Of a DNA stretch of 64,000 nt, positions 13,705-35,200 are shown piece after piece. Below the pieces are notes generated by a model, which saw nothing but the letters and a program-made list of their open reading frames with translations, was not told where the DNA came from and searched no databases. The translations under genes and the position numbers were made by a program. The first letter of the stretch is position 1, and each line of letters starts with the position of its first letter. Origin of the DNA: Magallana gigas (Eukaryota); contig NC_088857.1 of assembly GCF_963853765.1 (NCBI RefSeq), positions 9,610,001 through 9,674,000 of the forward strand. The letters are read 5' to 3'.

Positions 13705-13929
13705 CTGTAGATTCCTAATTAAATGCGAGGAATTAATATCCGCGTAAAATCGCGAAGAGCACGCTTCTTTGATTTTAAAAACTCGCCATTATTTTCTGAG
13801 AGTTGAGAATTATAAGAAATAAGAAATAAAGAGCAAAGTCCGCGTTCGCGATTTTATATTTTCGCGATTTGATGCTAAACAGCGGGATCGCGGAAAAAAG
13901 TACTCACTTAAAATACAAAGAATTTACAG
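13705..13929. mobile_element. TA-flanked MITE
   Basis: Ends (ta)ctgtagattc ... gaatttacag(ta); CG-rich interior. Pieces of the same family occur at 21490-21503 and about 23580-23640. Confidence 0.65.
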
Positions 13930-14285
13930 TATGCGATGATAGAGACGGTATGCTCCACGATTTTATAAAGTATCGTAACCAGATCAGAATATCACCTCTT
14001 GAAAGTTTTATTTTCGATTGGGATTCTTCATTCATATCAGTTTCATTAATTTTCTCGCGAATTACAATAAAATCAATAACATTTACAAATATCATATTCA
14101 GATCTTGTTCTGTCTGTTTAAACAGAATTAACATATCTTCAAATTAGCCACAAAATAAATATTAGTTGCCCTTTGGATAAATAAGCGCAATTCATATTGA
14201 CCAAATTTATTCCTTTTTGGTCATATTAAGCCATTTGTCTCTCCTCCTGACTCCAGGAAGCACTGTCATTTATCACTGGGAGAAG

Positions 14286-15915
14286 ATGAATAGTTTCGGG
14301 TGCGTCCTGTTTTTATTGCACTGCCATGGAATAACGGGCGGTATCGCCACGTTTATGTTTAAGAAGAAACCCGTGAAAGTGAACGATATTTTGGACATTC
14401 AGTCCTATTTCCCCGCGAGCAGGAGTCGGAGTCCCGTGGAGTGCAGTAGGTCCTGTTCCAAGGTTGACGGCTGCATCTCGCTGATTTTTGATCAAAAGTC
14501 CCAGGAGTGTAGAATCTTCAAATCCGACATAGCCGAGAAAAAGCGCGGGGATCGAAAACAAGATGTTGACAAGGAAACTCAGTGGGTGTATTATCATATT
14601 ATAAAAGGTATGCTCCACATCATAAAAAGTCAAATTTTTTAGACTTTCAACTTAAATGTTGTAAATTTTTTCTTGCTAAATTGATCATGTAAAATTAAAA
14701 CTAGTATGAAAACGGTAGGGTGAGAATGTTTCGGATTTAAATGAATTTAACTGCATGTACTTGGGGTCAGAAAGAGGTCATCAAAATTCATTTTAAGGAG
14801 GGGGGTGGTCACAAATAAATGAATCCTTCTAATGAAAATTAAGCTCTGACTTGTAAAATCAACATCAAAGCAAGCTACATGTAGTACGTAAAGTCTTCAC
14901 ATTTAGTCGGGCGCAACATTTTTAATTCCTATTTAAATATATTCTCCCTAAATCTCGTTTGTTCGAATCTAAAACAATTAATTGCTCAATGAATAACAGG
15001 GACAAGTATTACTTAGGAGCGCATCTCGCTAGCGCTGCTTTTATTATGTACGCAACAAATAACACAACATTATTATTAGCCCAATTATTTGCTTCTTCAT
15101 TTGATAGACCCAATGCATTATCAGTTCAATCATTCTCTTCACTTACTAATTATACACATAGATCACGTGACTCAAATATAATCGAACACTTAAATCATTC
15201 CGGCACATAGTTCTAAACTAACTGATTGAACGTGATCCAGTGATTATAATGCTTTTTTACATACGTCCACAGAATGTGGCCCTTCTGAAACTTTCTGTCC
15301 AGAGGGCTACAAATTTTACCCCGAACTCTGCTTCTGTCTGAAATACTTCTCCACAAAACGGAAACCGGACGAAACCGACCTGAATTGTCGGGCCAACGGC
15401 GCCATGCACTCCAAAAATGTGAACGGAAAGACAGCGGTCGTCCGCATTGATAGCCAGGCGAAACAAAAGAGAGTAGAGGATTATCTACAATTAGGTACGT
15501 GGACACGGAAACACTCTTCAATCAAATTCATTATACAAGGGTCTGAGAAGGTTAACATGATATAGTCTTACATATTTTTTTTTCGATTTACTCGCAATTT
15601 TCTTTTTATTCGACGAATAATGGGTAATCGATCTAATTGAATTTTGTTTTGTTTTTAAATCTAGGAAACCTTAATATAACCGACGAATTCGTAGTGATAC
15701 AGGGTCGTCGCGATCATCGCGATCATGACATCTGGGTTTATAGTGACGACACACCCCTCAAGTACACCCACTGGGCCGACGGCGAGGGGACCAGTCAAGA
15801 GAGCCACTACATCACCCTGTCAGTCACCAACTACTCCTGGTATAGCAAGGACAACGAGTCGGAGTACCCCTATCTGTGCGAAATATTCCCCCCGGAGTAC
15901 CTCATCGTCCGGTAA
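14286..15915 (+). CDS. Secreted PAN/apple + C-type-lectin-like domain protein, about 264 aa; exons 14286-14607, 15273-15494, 15665-15915
   Basis: Signal peptide MNSFGCVLFLLHCHGITGG; PAN pattern ECSRSCSKVDGCISL...ECRIF; CTLD FCPEGY...FCLKY...LNCRA...YTHWADGEG...WYS...YLCEIF. Same exon layout and phases as the 9253 gene. AATAAA at 16584. Confidence 0.88.
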
Positions 15916-16999
15916 TTGTGATGTCATCGTTGTCATTTTCGCGAGGATTTATTTTAACGCACTCAGTGGGTCTGAATTTATTAACGACTTCATTTTCCAC
16001 TAAAATGCTTCAGAATTAAACGATGTGGGATCAAGAGGTTTTTTTCCAATGAGGCCACAAAATGACTTTTCAGTACTAGTATTTTGACTCCCAACGAAGA
16101 AAATGTTTCGTGAAAGACATTTTTCGTCCCAAGAATATTGTCTTTTTCAATTCACATCGAACAATGCAATATATACACGATAAAATATATAAAAATTAAC
16201 ACCTCTACTAAACTCTTTATGCCAATTTCTATTTGAATACTAAGTAAAAAGTTAAATTGAACTTCATCAAACGCGTTACACAGTGAACTCATACGTCGCC
16301 ATAACCGGCAAAGACGGTGGTGTCTGAAGTAGAATGCAGTTACCTAGATTCAACAGAAGTACTGCTGTCCTCGAACCAAGAAACAACAAGAATCCATGGG
16401 GCGTAGCCGATTTATGTTTATGTCTGTATCAAGACACTAGTAATACAATGGCACAACATATTGTAAGGTTGTCTCGTTAATCGACCTGTTTGTAAAACTA
16501 CATTTATTGCTTTGTTATGGACTAGGATAGATGCATTGCTTTGTCTAATCATGATAATTGTAATTTTATCATAAGGTGAATTCAATAAATACATTTAAAA
16601 ATCAGAAATGAATTACAAATTGATAATTTAACATTTAGCGTCCATTGGTCTTAGAAAGCAGATATAATTATTTGTGATAGTTTATTTTCTGTGTTTTTAT
16701 TTAGATCCAAGTTTTGAAATCATGTCTATACACACTTTATTATAAACATTTCATAAATCGTAAACATTTTTATGACTTTTGTCTTCATTCTTGCTTGCAT
16801 ATCACAAGCTAAATATCATATTAAAGAATTCAATACGTTACAATCAAGAACATATTTACAACAAACTGTTATAATACATACTTTTATTTCATGTAAATAA
16901 TAAATCAATATGATAAATCATGAAATACATAATATAATATCATATTACACGTAATTATTACAAAACAGCCCTTAATTAGGAAGATTGTCGCATAATGGC

Positions 17000-17097
17000 A
17001 CGTGACATCTAATCATCAAGTTCTGAATACCAGTGACGGTTGCATTCAAAACCGTCATTCAAGTCCCGTTGATTAGGAACCCCACGGAGTCACGTGA
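17000..17097 (-). promoter_or_regulatory. SECIS element in SELENOO 3' UTR
   Basis: Minus strand: AUGAC (17058-17054), a 12-bp helix GGUUUUGAAUGC/GUAUUCAGAACU, unpaired AA (17041-17040), then UGAU (17018-17015). Outer stems cuaauc/gauuag and cacgugac/gucacgug. Matches the eukaryotic SECIS consensus. Confidence 0.9.
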
Positions 17098-17430
17098 TTA
17101 CGGTTTACAGTAGTACTCACACACCAATCGACTGAGCCCTGTTCCTCTGACAGTCATAAATAGCAGTCCTGCCCCTGTACTGTCATTGTTTTGTCAGGGA
17201 GTTGTTTATCTAAGCAAAAACTGACAATAAACTTAATTTGATTCTACAAACAGTGTCTGATTATTGAATAACGACAATTTTGAGAGATTGTTATTCCTTG
17301 GCATTGTGTTGTTCGTCCAATAAAGGAGTGTAGAAAAGGATCTCGTCGAAAGATCAGGACATTCTTTCAAAAGTGCCAAAAAAAAATAAAAGTAAAAGCG
17401 ACAAAACTATCTAAAGTTACTTTCACTTAA

Positions 17431-17922
17431 AGGGGCATGGTCACGATTTTGGTCAAATTTATTTTTCCGTTTTTATTACTTGCAATGCTTTAGGAATGCA
17501 TTTCTAATAATCAAATGTAATTTGGGTGCCAGTCGTTGAGTTTTAAGCAAGATACGGGGCTTACAATTCTTCGTCAGGTAAACAAGGCTCATGCCCTGTT
17601 TTTGTTTACATAGGTTCAATATACCAGTACAAAATCTTTTTAAAGCTGGTTTGTCTATCTTATTATTCATTTTAAGCGTAAATAAACAGTTCGTAACGAT
17701 TAACACATTCATTTTAGGTCTATTACTGGAATTTTCACTTTAACATTCAAAATGTACACAAACGCTTTGTTTACATAGCGAAAAATGGTAAGCTCTGTAA
17801 CTCGCTTACGACTCATCAAATGACACTCAAACTGTGGCCACCTGTTAAAAATGCCTTACTTAAGCATTGTTATCATTAAAATCGAAAAGATAATTTTTGA
17901 CCAAAATCGTGACCATGCCCCT
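17431..17922. mobile_element. 492-bp Kolobok-like MITE with TTAA target duplications
   Basis: Perfect 27-bp TIR aggggcatggtcacgattttggtcaaa; TTAA at 17427-17430 and 17923-17926; 5'-RR termini. Confidence 0.85.
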
Positions 17923-18094
17923 TTAAGTTACAGCTTTTATGGCTAAGTGGTTTTTGAGAAGAAGGTTTTTAGAAACACACATGTAATGACTTTCTCATTA
18001 ATAGATTTTCTCAGAATTTCAACATTTCCTTAATCAGCTACTTAATGCTTTTATACAACACATGATGTTCGGAACAGGCTAATTTGGTGTGGAT

Positions 18095-26905
<8,811 letters not shown>

Positions 26906-27845
26906 GTCATACTGTTTCGTAAAATGTAAATAAAATCGGACTCGGTGTTCACTGCTCGTGGTACGTTAAATCCGATCCCGACTCTTTTCACAATAACAGA
27001 AAAAATCCTAATGGAAAAGAAATCTAATGTATTATGCTTGATATAACCCATGCATCGTGAGTATTTTGCTTCTCTTTAAATCATTAATACCAATATGTCG
27101 TAATTAAAGAACATGTCATGTATGATCACGTGACCTCTACAGTTATGATGGAGGATGATTTTGAAGCCTATAAATTTCATGTACGAGTATGTAGGTCTAT
27201 AGCCTGTGTAAGTGTGGGTATTTTGTGATTTGTTCCGTAAGGGAGATAGCCATAAAGGGTACAACCGTGGTTGTTAAACCAGATTTTAAGGCAAGAACAC
27301 AACAGAACAATGACTTAATAACCCAAACGTTGAGTGCCGCCCTGTCGGATGCTGAACATCCTGATTCAGAGGGGCTTTGCTAAATATAAAAGTTTCACGA
27401 GGTCGAACCTTGCAGTGGTTTGTAGTTGCGATGTCGAACTCCATCCACTCCCTCGAATAGTTTTAACATTTAAATTAATATTAGCCTAGGAATAATTGTA
27501 AGACCCCAATCATGACCTTAGTAAACACGAACCATTCGTAAGGATAGAGGCAAATGACTAGACTAAATGTAATTTTTTTTGAAATGGTTTATTCTACCCT
27601 TCTTCCATGGATCAAAATATTCTGTGTAAATGATGTGCCCCCCTTTCCCCATCGGAACAAAATTATGGATCTGCGCCCATGCAAGTAGACTTTTGACTCT
27701 TCTTTTATCAATTTATTATCGCAGCTACAATTTATTCTGATCGACATACTGAAAGGAGTGTCAATATTCAAAGTAGGGCAGTATAACTAAGATCAACAGA
27801 AGTTACTAAAAATTTACCAAAACAGGGTTCCCTGGAGGTGTTTAG

Positions 27846-27893
27846 AGAAGGGATTCCATATCGAGCATAAATGCTCGATATGGAATCCCTTCT
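27846..27893. repeat. Perfect 23-bp inverted repeat (hairpin)
   Basis: agaagggattccatatcgagcat-aa-atgctcgatatggaatcccttct. Confidence 0.9.
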
Positions 27894-27908
27894 TTTTGGC
27901 GCAAAAAA

Positions 27909-27912
<4 letters not shown>

Positions 27913-27977
<65 letters not shown>
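27913..27977. repeat. (GA)n microsatellite
   Basis: Direct reading. Confidence 0.95.
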
Positions 27978-27979
<2 letters not shown>

Positions 27980-29240
27980 ATAGCTATGCGGACTCCGGAC
28001 CGTGACTTGAGGCGATGCGGAAACGGGTGGACGTTGGATCAGCAAGCATGCAATTAGCTGCAGGTCTGAAGCTCCTAGATTACCCCGTTTACTTAGGTCT
28101 TTGGAAAAGGGAAAAAGGATATAATTTTCTTTACAGATAGAAACATGTAAAATGTACTTGGCAGTGCATGTATTTAAAGATCATTATTAATGGCCCAGAT
28201 CGTCAGTATTAATTGTCTTGATGACTCGTATTAGGCAAACTTTAAAGATTGTTCACCGGTACACTTTGTACATGCAATATTTCTCACATCAAATTTGTTT
28301 ATTGTTAAATTTTTAAGGAAAAAGGAATCGTTCTTTGAGTATGATAAGGTGATCGAATAAGGTCGGGGGTAATCAAATCCAATAAAACCCGAAGGTCTTT
28401 ATAATACATTTGATCACGCCCAACCATAGTTGATCACCTCATAATATTCAGAGAATGATTTTCTATTACATATATTTATATAATATTCAGCAATCGATTC
28501 GTAATGTTATCACAAAGACACTGGAAAATGTAAATAAAAAGGGTCAGTATTAGGAAAATGCAATTACAATGCAAAAAGCCAGCAGGTAACAATGGTAGTT
28601 TTGTTTGCTTGATATTAAACACATAACTGTAAACTTTTTGACGGTCAAACACTGACATATATTATATGACATGAATATTGATAAAGAACGATTTTAAAGT
28701 ATAGAAGAATTTTAAACTTCATCAACATTAAATTTACAGAATAAAAGGTATCGGTACCGTAGGATTTGAAATGGTAGAACCGATAAGTTATCTTAATTAC
28801 GCATAATTTCGTATCTAACGAAATATTACTGTAGTAATTGCGCACTTGATTGATCGATTGCGTCTTCATCAATAGCTTGTATTCATTGGTGTATGTGTAT
28901 TCATGCTGCCCCTAGCTCTGAGCCTTTATCTTAATTATGGTCGACCGAACTGTGTACACACTTAAAAAGAATGTTATGTGCAGATATATGTAAGAAATCG
29001 GGGTTATAACAGATCGCAGAAGTTTAAAGGTTCCACGCCTCATCGAGCGCTGCCACCGACATTTAAACCGAAATTGTTCGATCAAGAGGAAGCATCAAGT
29101 ACCAGCGAAATATCGACCCGGGATCTGTGTTTGTGAACGGCGAATACCGCACTTCTTTTGTCAAGAGTTTTCTTTGTTTTGTGTTTTTTTGACATTTATA
29201 GTTTATAGTCTTTACCAAGGCAACCGCTTCGTTAGTTACG

Positions 29241-32200
29241 ATGGTTTCTCTAAAAGGTATGTAAAATATTTGTTACATCGTACCCGTATCAAGTTGCTTG
29301 CTTGCCACACGCCATTTATTTACGACATGAACTTGGCTTTTGAATGCAGTGTTGTTGTTTTATTATTATTTAAGTGCTATTTTTAACACACATTAATAAT
29401 GCAAATATAATCCCTTTCGATGACGCGTGGATTTAATCGGGCACAGAAGTACATTTGGCCTTGTACAGTGTAGTATACAGCTGTAGCTAACAAACAAAAA
29501 CCTTCATTAGGGCAGATAATCGGTTCAGGATTCAATGAAAATCTCGAGACACAGGGCTGAGTAAAGCATACAATGTTACGTATGTAACGTTGATCATTGT
29601 TCAACTAGTTCGCCAATCTAGCTTAAACTTTGAAGATGGGACAGTTTTAAAATGACCAACTTTATGAATTAATATTTGATTTTCATCACTGCATGTTGTT
29701 GACGATATCTTTTTTCTTGCCATTTTCAGCTTTATTTAACTCAATAGGAAGACAGCGTGTGTGATATCGTGCATGTTTAACCCTTTAAAATGATAAACAT
29801 CAGAGGTAGGTCAAACCAAAATGCATGACAGTGACATCCTTGTAGTAAAATGTACTGCAGAAACAGTGCCCTGATGTTGATATAATTGTTTTTACAGGTC
29901 AGATAGAAGGTTATGACAAGGCCCGGGTTGGAATCATATTCGACCATGATGAGTTGAGATCGGGAATGACAGTCAAAGGCCATGTGCAAATCAATTTACA
30001 AGCTCCACTGCAAGTACATTGTGAGTAGATTAGCTTAACAGTAGAGTAGGGCGGTGAATATATACTTTTATGTTTAATTCCGAACTATGTCCAAAAATGT
30101 CGTAATTCAAGTGCAAATCTTTTGTTATTTTATGCTGAATCTTCCATTTTAAGTTACAGTAATGTCTTTACTTTGGAATGATGTCATCAATTTACGTAAT
30201 TGCAGACGTAAAGATCCGGTTTCATGGACTCGCACAGACGCACACCGCCGTCCATTCCACGGACTACAGCCATGGCCTGGGTTATAACAATGATGATGGC
30301 GATAAAGAAGTCTACCTCAACAAACAGATTACTCTGTACGAAGGTATCACGTCTCTTGCAATGTTTATATCCACTCTGTACGAAGGTATCAGTCTCTTGC
30401 AATGTTTATATCCACTCTGTACGAAGGTATCAGTCTCTTGCAATGTTTATATCCACTCTGTACGAAGGTATCAGTCTCTTGCAATGTTTATATCCACTCT
30501 GTACGAAGGTATCAGTCTCTTGCAATGTTTATATACAGTCTGTACGAAGGTATCAGTCTCTTGCAATGTTTATATACAGTCTGTACGAAGGTATCAGTCT
30601 CTTGCAATGTTTATATACAGTCTGTACGAAGGTATCAGTCTCTTGCAATGTTTATATACAGTCTGTACGAAGGTATCGCGTCTCTTGCAATGTTTATATC
30701 CACTCTGTACGAAGGTATCGCGTCTCTTGCAATGTTTATATTCACTCTGTACGAAGGTATCACGTGTCTTGCAATGTTTATATCCACTCTGTACGAAGGT
30801 ATCGCGTCTCTTGCAATGTTTACATTCACTCTGTACGAAGGTATCGCGTCTCTTGCAATGTTTATATTCACTCTGCACGAACGTATCACGTGTCTTGCAA
30901 TGTTTATATTCACTCTGTACGAAGGTATCACGTGTCTTGCAATGTTTATATCCACTCTGTACGAAGGTATCACGTCTCTTGCAATGTTTATATTCACTCT
31001 GTACGAAGGTATCACGTCTCTTGCAATGTTGACATTTACTCTGTACGAAGGTATCGCGTCTCTTGCAATGTTTACATTCACTCTGTACGAAGGTATCACG
31101 TCTCTTGCAATGTTTACATTCACTCTGTACGAAGGTATCAGTCTCTTGCAATGTTTATATTTACTCTGTACGAAGGTATCGCGTCTCTTGCAATGTTTAC
31201 ATTCACTCTGTACGAAGGTATCGCGTCTCTTGCAATGTTTATATTCACTCTGTACGAAGGTATCACGTGTCTTGCAATGTTTATATTCACTCTGTGCGAA
31301 GGTATCACGTGTCTTGCAATGTTTATATCCACTCTGTACGAAGGTATCGCGTCTCTTGCAATGTTTATATTCACTCTGTACGAAGGTATCGCGTCTCTTG
31401 CAATGTTTATATTCACTCTGTACGAAGGTATCGCGTCTCTTGCAATGTTTATAATCACTCTGTATGGAGACGCGATACCTTCGTACAGAGAATATTATAT
31501 TCACCTTGTACGGAGGTATCGCGTCTCTTGCAATGTTTATATTCACTCTGTACGAAGGTATCGCGTCTCTTGCAATGTTTACTAGTATATATATGGCAGC
31601 AAACACTTTTCCCTGTATGTTCAGTTTGAACAGCTTTTTCCGTGTTTTCAACAAAGATATATTTTTTTAATGTGCGCATTTATTTCCACAGTTCGTACAT
31701 GTAATCATGTTATCTTTGACCACGAGCATTTTTTCCTGGATGCAGTATATTCGATCTTATTATTTTTTTTCAATGATTTTGTCAAGGAACATCATTCTCT
31801 GTAACATAATATTCGGTTTATGTGAAACAAGGACAGTGCTTTTGTACGGTATAATTAAAGTATGTATATGAAAACAAATCGATTTTTCCCGTGCAAGTTA
31901 CGTCGTATTTCGTCTTTTCATAATTGCCTTTGTTCACTACATACAGTCTATCTTATGAGTGAGCTTGTTTAGTATCTTGGTTCAGTTTTATTTAAAACTT
32001 GTCTCGATATGAAGGTATTTATTTTCTTAGTAAATGTTTGATTTTTTGACAACTTACGAAATTTGATTATTTAATGCCTTTGTGAGGAATTTCTTTTCCG
32101 TGTTTGTCATTTGACATACTTTACTATTGAAAGATAGAGTGTTTAGTTAAACCCAATTTCCACTTCGGAACTTGTGTTTATAACACTTTTATTTATTTTC

Positions 32201-35200
32201 CAAAGCGTACAAACAGAATGAGTAATACTTCTACTGTAAAATTAAAAAAAACCCACCAAGTGACGTTTTTTATTACTTTTTTTAGGCGTCAATTACCACA
32301 GATTTCTGAAGAAATGAAATCTATCCTTAAAACATATAGAAATAATATATGATATTCAAACTTCTATCGTATATTTTTTAATTTATTCCAGCGGACCCGG
32401 ACAATGACGAAATGCTTGAGGCGGGAAACCACACGTATCCCTTTGAATTGGACTTTCCTGAGAACATGCCGTCCTCATTTTCGGAACACAACGGGATGGG
32501 CCACGTGATCTACCACTGTCATGTGGAGATAGGGCGTCGATACGCATACAGTCCTGACATAGCCAAAACCAAGTGGTTTGATGTCCATAGACCGCTCAGT
32601 TTAAAGACGATTCCAGACTCTTTGGTGAGTGTCTCTGAAACATAACAGCTTACAAGGTTTTTTTTAGAAACTAATTTACACACGTACATGATGTAGCGTT
32701 CTGAAACTTGTCATCTCACACATTGTCTTTTACAACATTAACGTACCAAATTGGTACGTGTGGCGTTAACATTCTACTAACTTTTTTTATATTGGCTGAC
32801 ATAATGGCTCCTTTTTTTATGTCATTTGCCAATGACTTGCCTTTGAAAGGGAATGTTTCTCAAAACTGAGATATTTTGTAGGCCGCGGATGATAGCCAAT
32901 AAAGATATACGTGTACATGTACATACACAGGAAGAATTGCTTTAAAGTACAATTTATAACTTCATAATAGGCTTTCTAAATTAAAAGAAAGCAGTAGAAT
33001 TTTATAATATATTTGAATCTTATACTACTAATACCTAGGAATGCTATTGTTATCAATGCATATTAAACAAACAAATGAGACTTTTTATCGATAGTTCGGA
33101 AATAGAACACATTTGTATATGAATACCAGTGGTATTTTGCAAACTTGGAATTACAAAATCGGTGAAGTTTACACAACGTTAATTATTTATAAGATAGTAA
33201 CAAAATGGGCCATGGCCTTGGAGTTTATATCCACAAACCCTCGCAATCACAATAAAATCCTCGAGAAGGTGTAAGAAAAAAATTGGATATCAATTTTTAA
33301 TTGTGATTCGTAATTTTCTTTAAGAAAACCTATATCGCCATCAATGCCCCTGTTGGGTTTTGTGGCGAATAGTGGCAGTGTTATGTTTAGACAAGGCGGC
33401 AAATTACACGGAATCTCCCAGGGGAGTGTGTCCAATAAAAGGCGTCTCTCTTTGAGATGGGTAAAAGAAGGTCACAATGGTCTCTCAGCTCAGATTCCAA
33501 TCATCTTCTGTTGACATAGATTTTTTTTAATGTTGTTAATTCGTCAGTCTTTGTCTGGAGTTTGTCTCTGGGTGCATTTCTTAGAATGATGTAAAATACC
33601 TGACACGTAGTACTGGCACAGAGTGGGCCCCCACTTTTTCTGTATGGAACTGTTTGAAAAAGTATAGTGAAAGTAGATGTAAAACATTTAAGAAATTAAA
33701 GAAAAAAACAAAACAATTGTATAGGAAATTTAATTTATGTTTGGTGGGGCAAAATTTCCATTGTTTTTTTTTTTTATATAGGTGGAGGGGCATACTAGTA
33801 GTTCAGTAAATGATACAATGTGTCTGAATCCATTTACATTGTAGATTCACTCAAGCCTACTCTAAGGAAAATTTATATTTATTGTGAACTAGCCCCTCTT
33901 TTTCTTTCGGGGGGGGGGGGGGGGGGGTTAGATGGGGGCGTTATTAGATTTTCCATCTCAAACAATAATTTTAAAACTATTTTTTAATTCAATGCATGTC
34001 TGAAGAGTTTTACCTAATAATTCTTAGGAAAACTTTCGTTCTTACTTATCAATATGCTAATATCTGTGAGGTGGCAAAAAAGATGTGGAGAAATCAATCA
34101 AATTATGTAAGCTTCAATAATATATTGCAATTTCGCTTCTAATGAAACTTTGTAGATAATATACTTGTTAGAAATATGTCGATATTTTTAGTGATATATA
34201 CTGGATTAATTTTATAGCTTGACCGAAGCAATGAGCAAGAGCAATGACCAAACATCGAATATGACGGAGTATTATTGTATTCAAAGTTAATTGGCCCTTT
34301 TGTTGCAATTGCTTGACGTAATATTCTAATCCTTTTTCCGTCGTTTAATTTTTTACATAAAGGCATAGCTCTTGATATGAAACCTTTGATAAAAAGCCTA
34401 GTTTTGGTATTTAGCCTAACCCCTAATGTGAATTCGACCTTTGGTATAAAGCCCAACTCTTGTACGAAGGGTATAGCTCTTCGTATAAAGCTTAATATTT
34501 GAAGCTTGATGATTTATTTGAAGCCTAGTTCTTGGTATGCAAATAGCTCTTGGTAAGAAACATAGTTTGTGGTATCATGTCCATCCCTGTGTACGAAGCT
34601 TAGATCTTGGTATGAAGCTTAGATCTTGGTATGAGGCTTAGATCTTGGTATGAAGCTTAGATCTTAGTATGAAGCTTAGATCTTGGTATGAGGCTTAGAT
34701 CTTGGCACGAAGCTTAAAGCTTGGTATGAAGCTTAGATCTTGGTATGAAGCTTAGATCTTGGCACGAAGCTTAAACTTGGTATGAAGCTTAGATCTTGGT
34801 ATGAAGCTTAGGTTTTGGTATGAAGCCTAGTTTTTGGTATGAAGCTTAATTTTTGGTAAGCAACCTAGATATTGGTATCAGTTCAAGCTTATATATCTTG
34901 GTATGAAATTTATCTCTTAGCATGAAGCGTGGTTATTGGAATGAATCCTATTCTTTGGTATGTGGCGATAAGACCCGCACCATCCTTTATTTTAAGTACG
35001 CTAATGGCTATTGGCTTGTCAATGAAACGCTTGTAATACATACCATTCCATGCAGACTTGGGGATGTGACTTCTTTAAACCCTGCCTCACATAATGTGCC
35101 TCGCTTTCAAACTGATGGTCAAACATTTACTAAGAACATTGAAAAATGATTTCTATTACAGGTACCGCTGGATTTCCGGAAAGAATGTCCTGCGCGATCC

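Noticed and set aside
17125-17160. Second ATGA...AA...GA candidate SECIS
   Set aside because: Helix II pairing is poor compared with the element at 17000-17097.
27340-27455. Minus-strand GTTCGA motifs and T run near SELENOO (tRNA-Sec or Pol III RNA?)
   Set aside because: No resemblance to tRNA-Sec, no cloverleaf and no clear A box.
30178-31679. Long ORFs of 185-453 aa on both strands
   Set aside because: They are translations of the 41/42-bp minisatellite; only 30206-30343 is a real exon.
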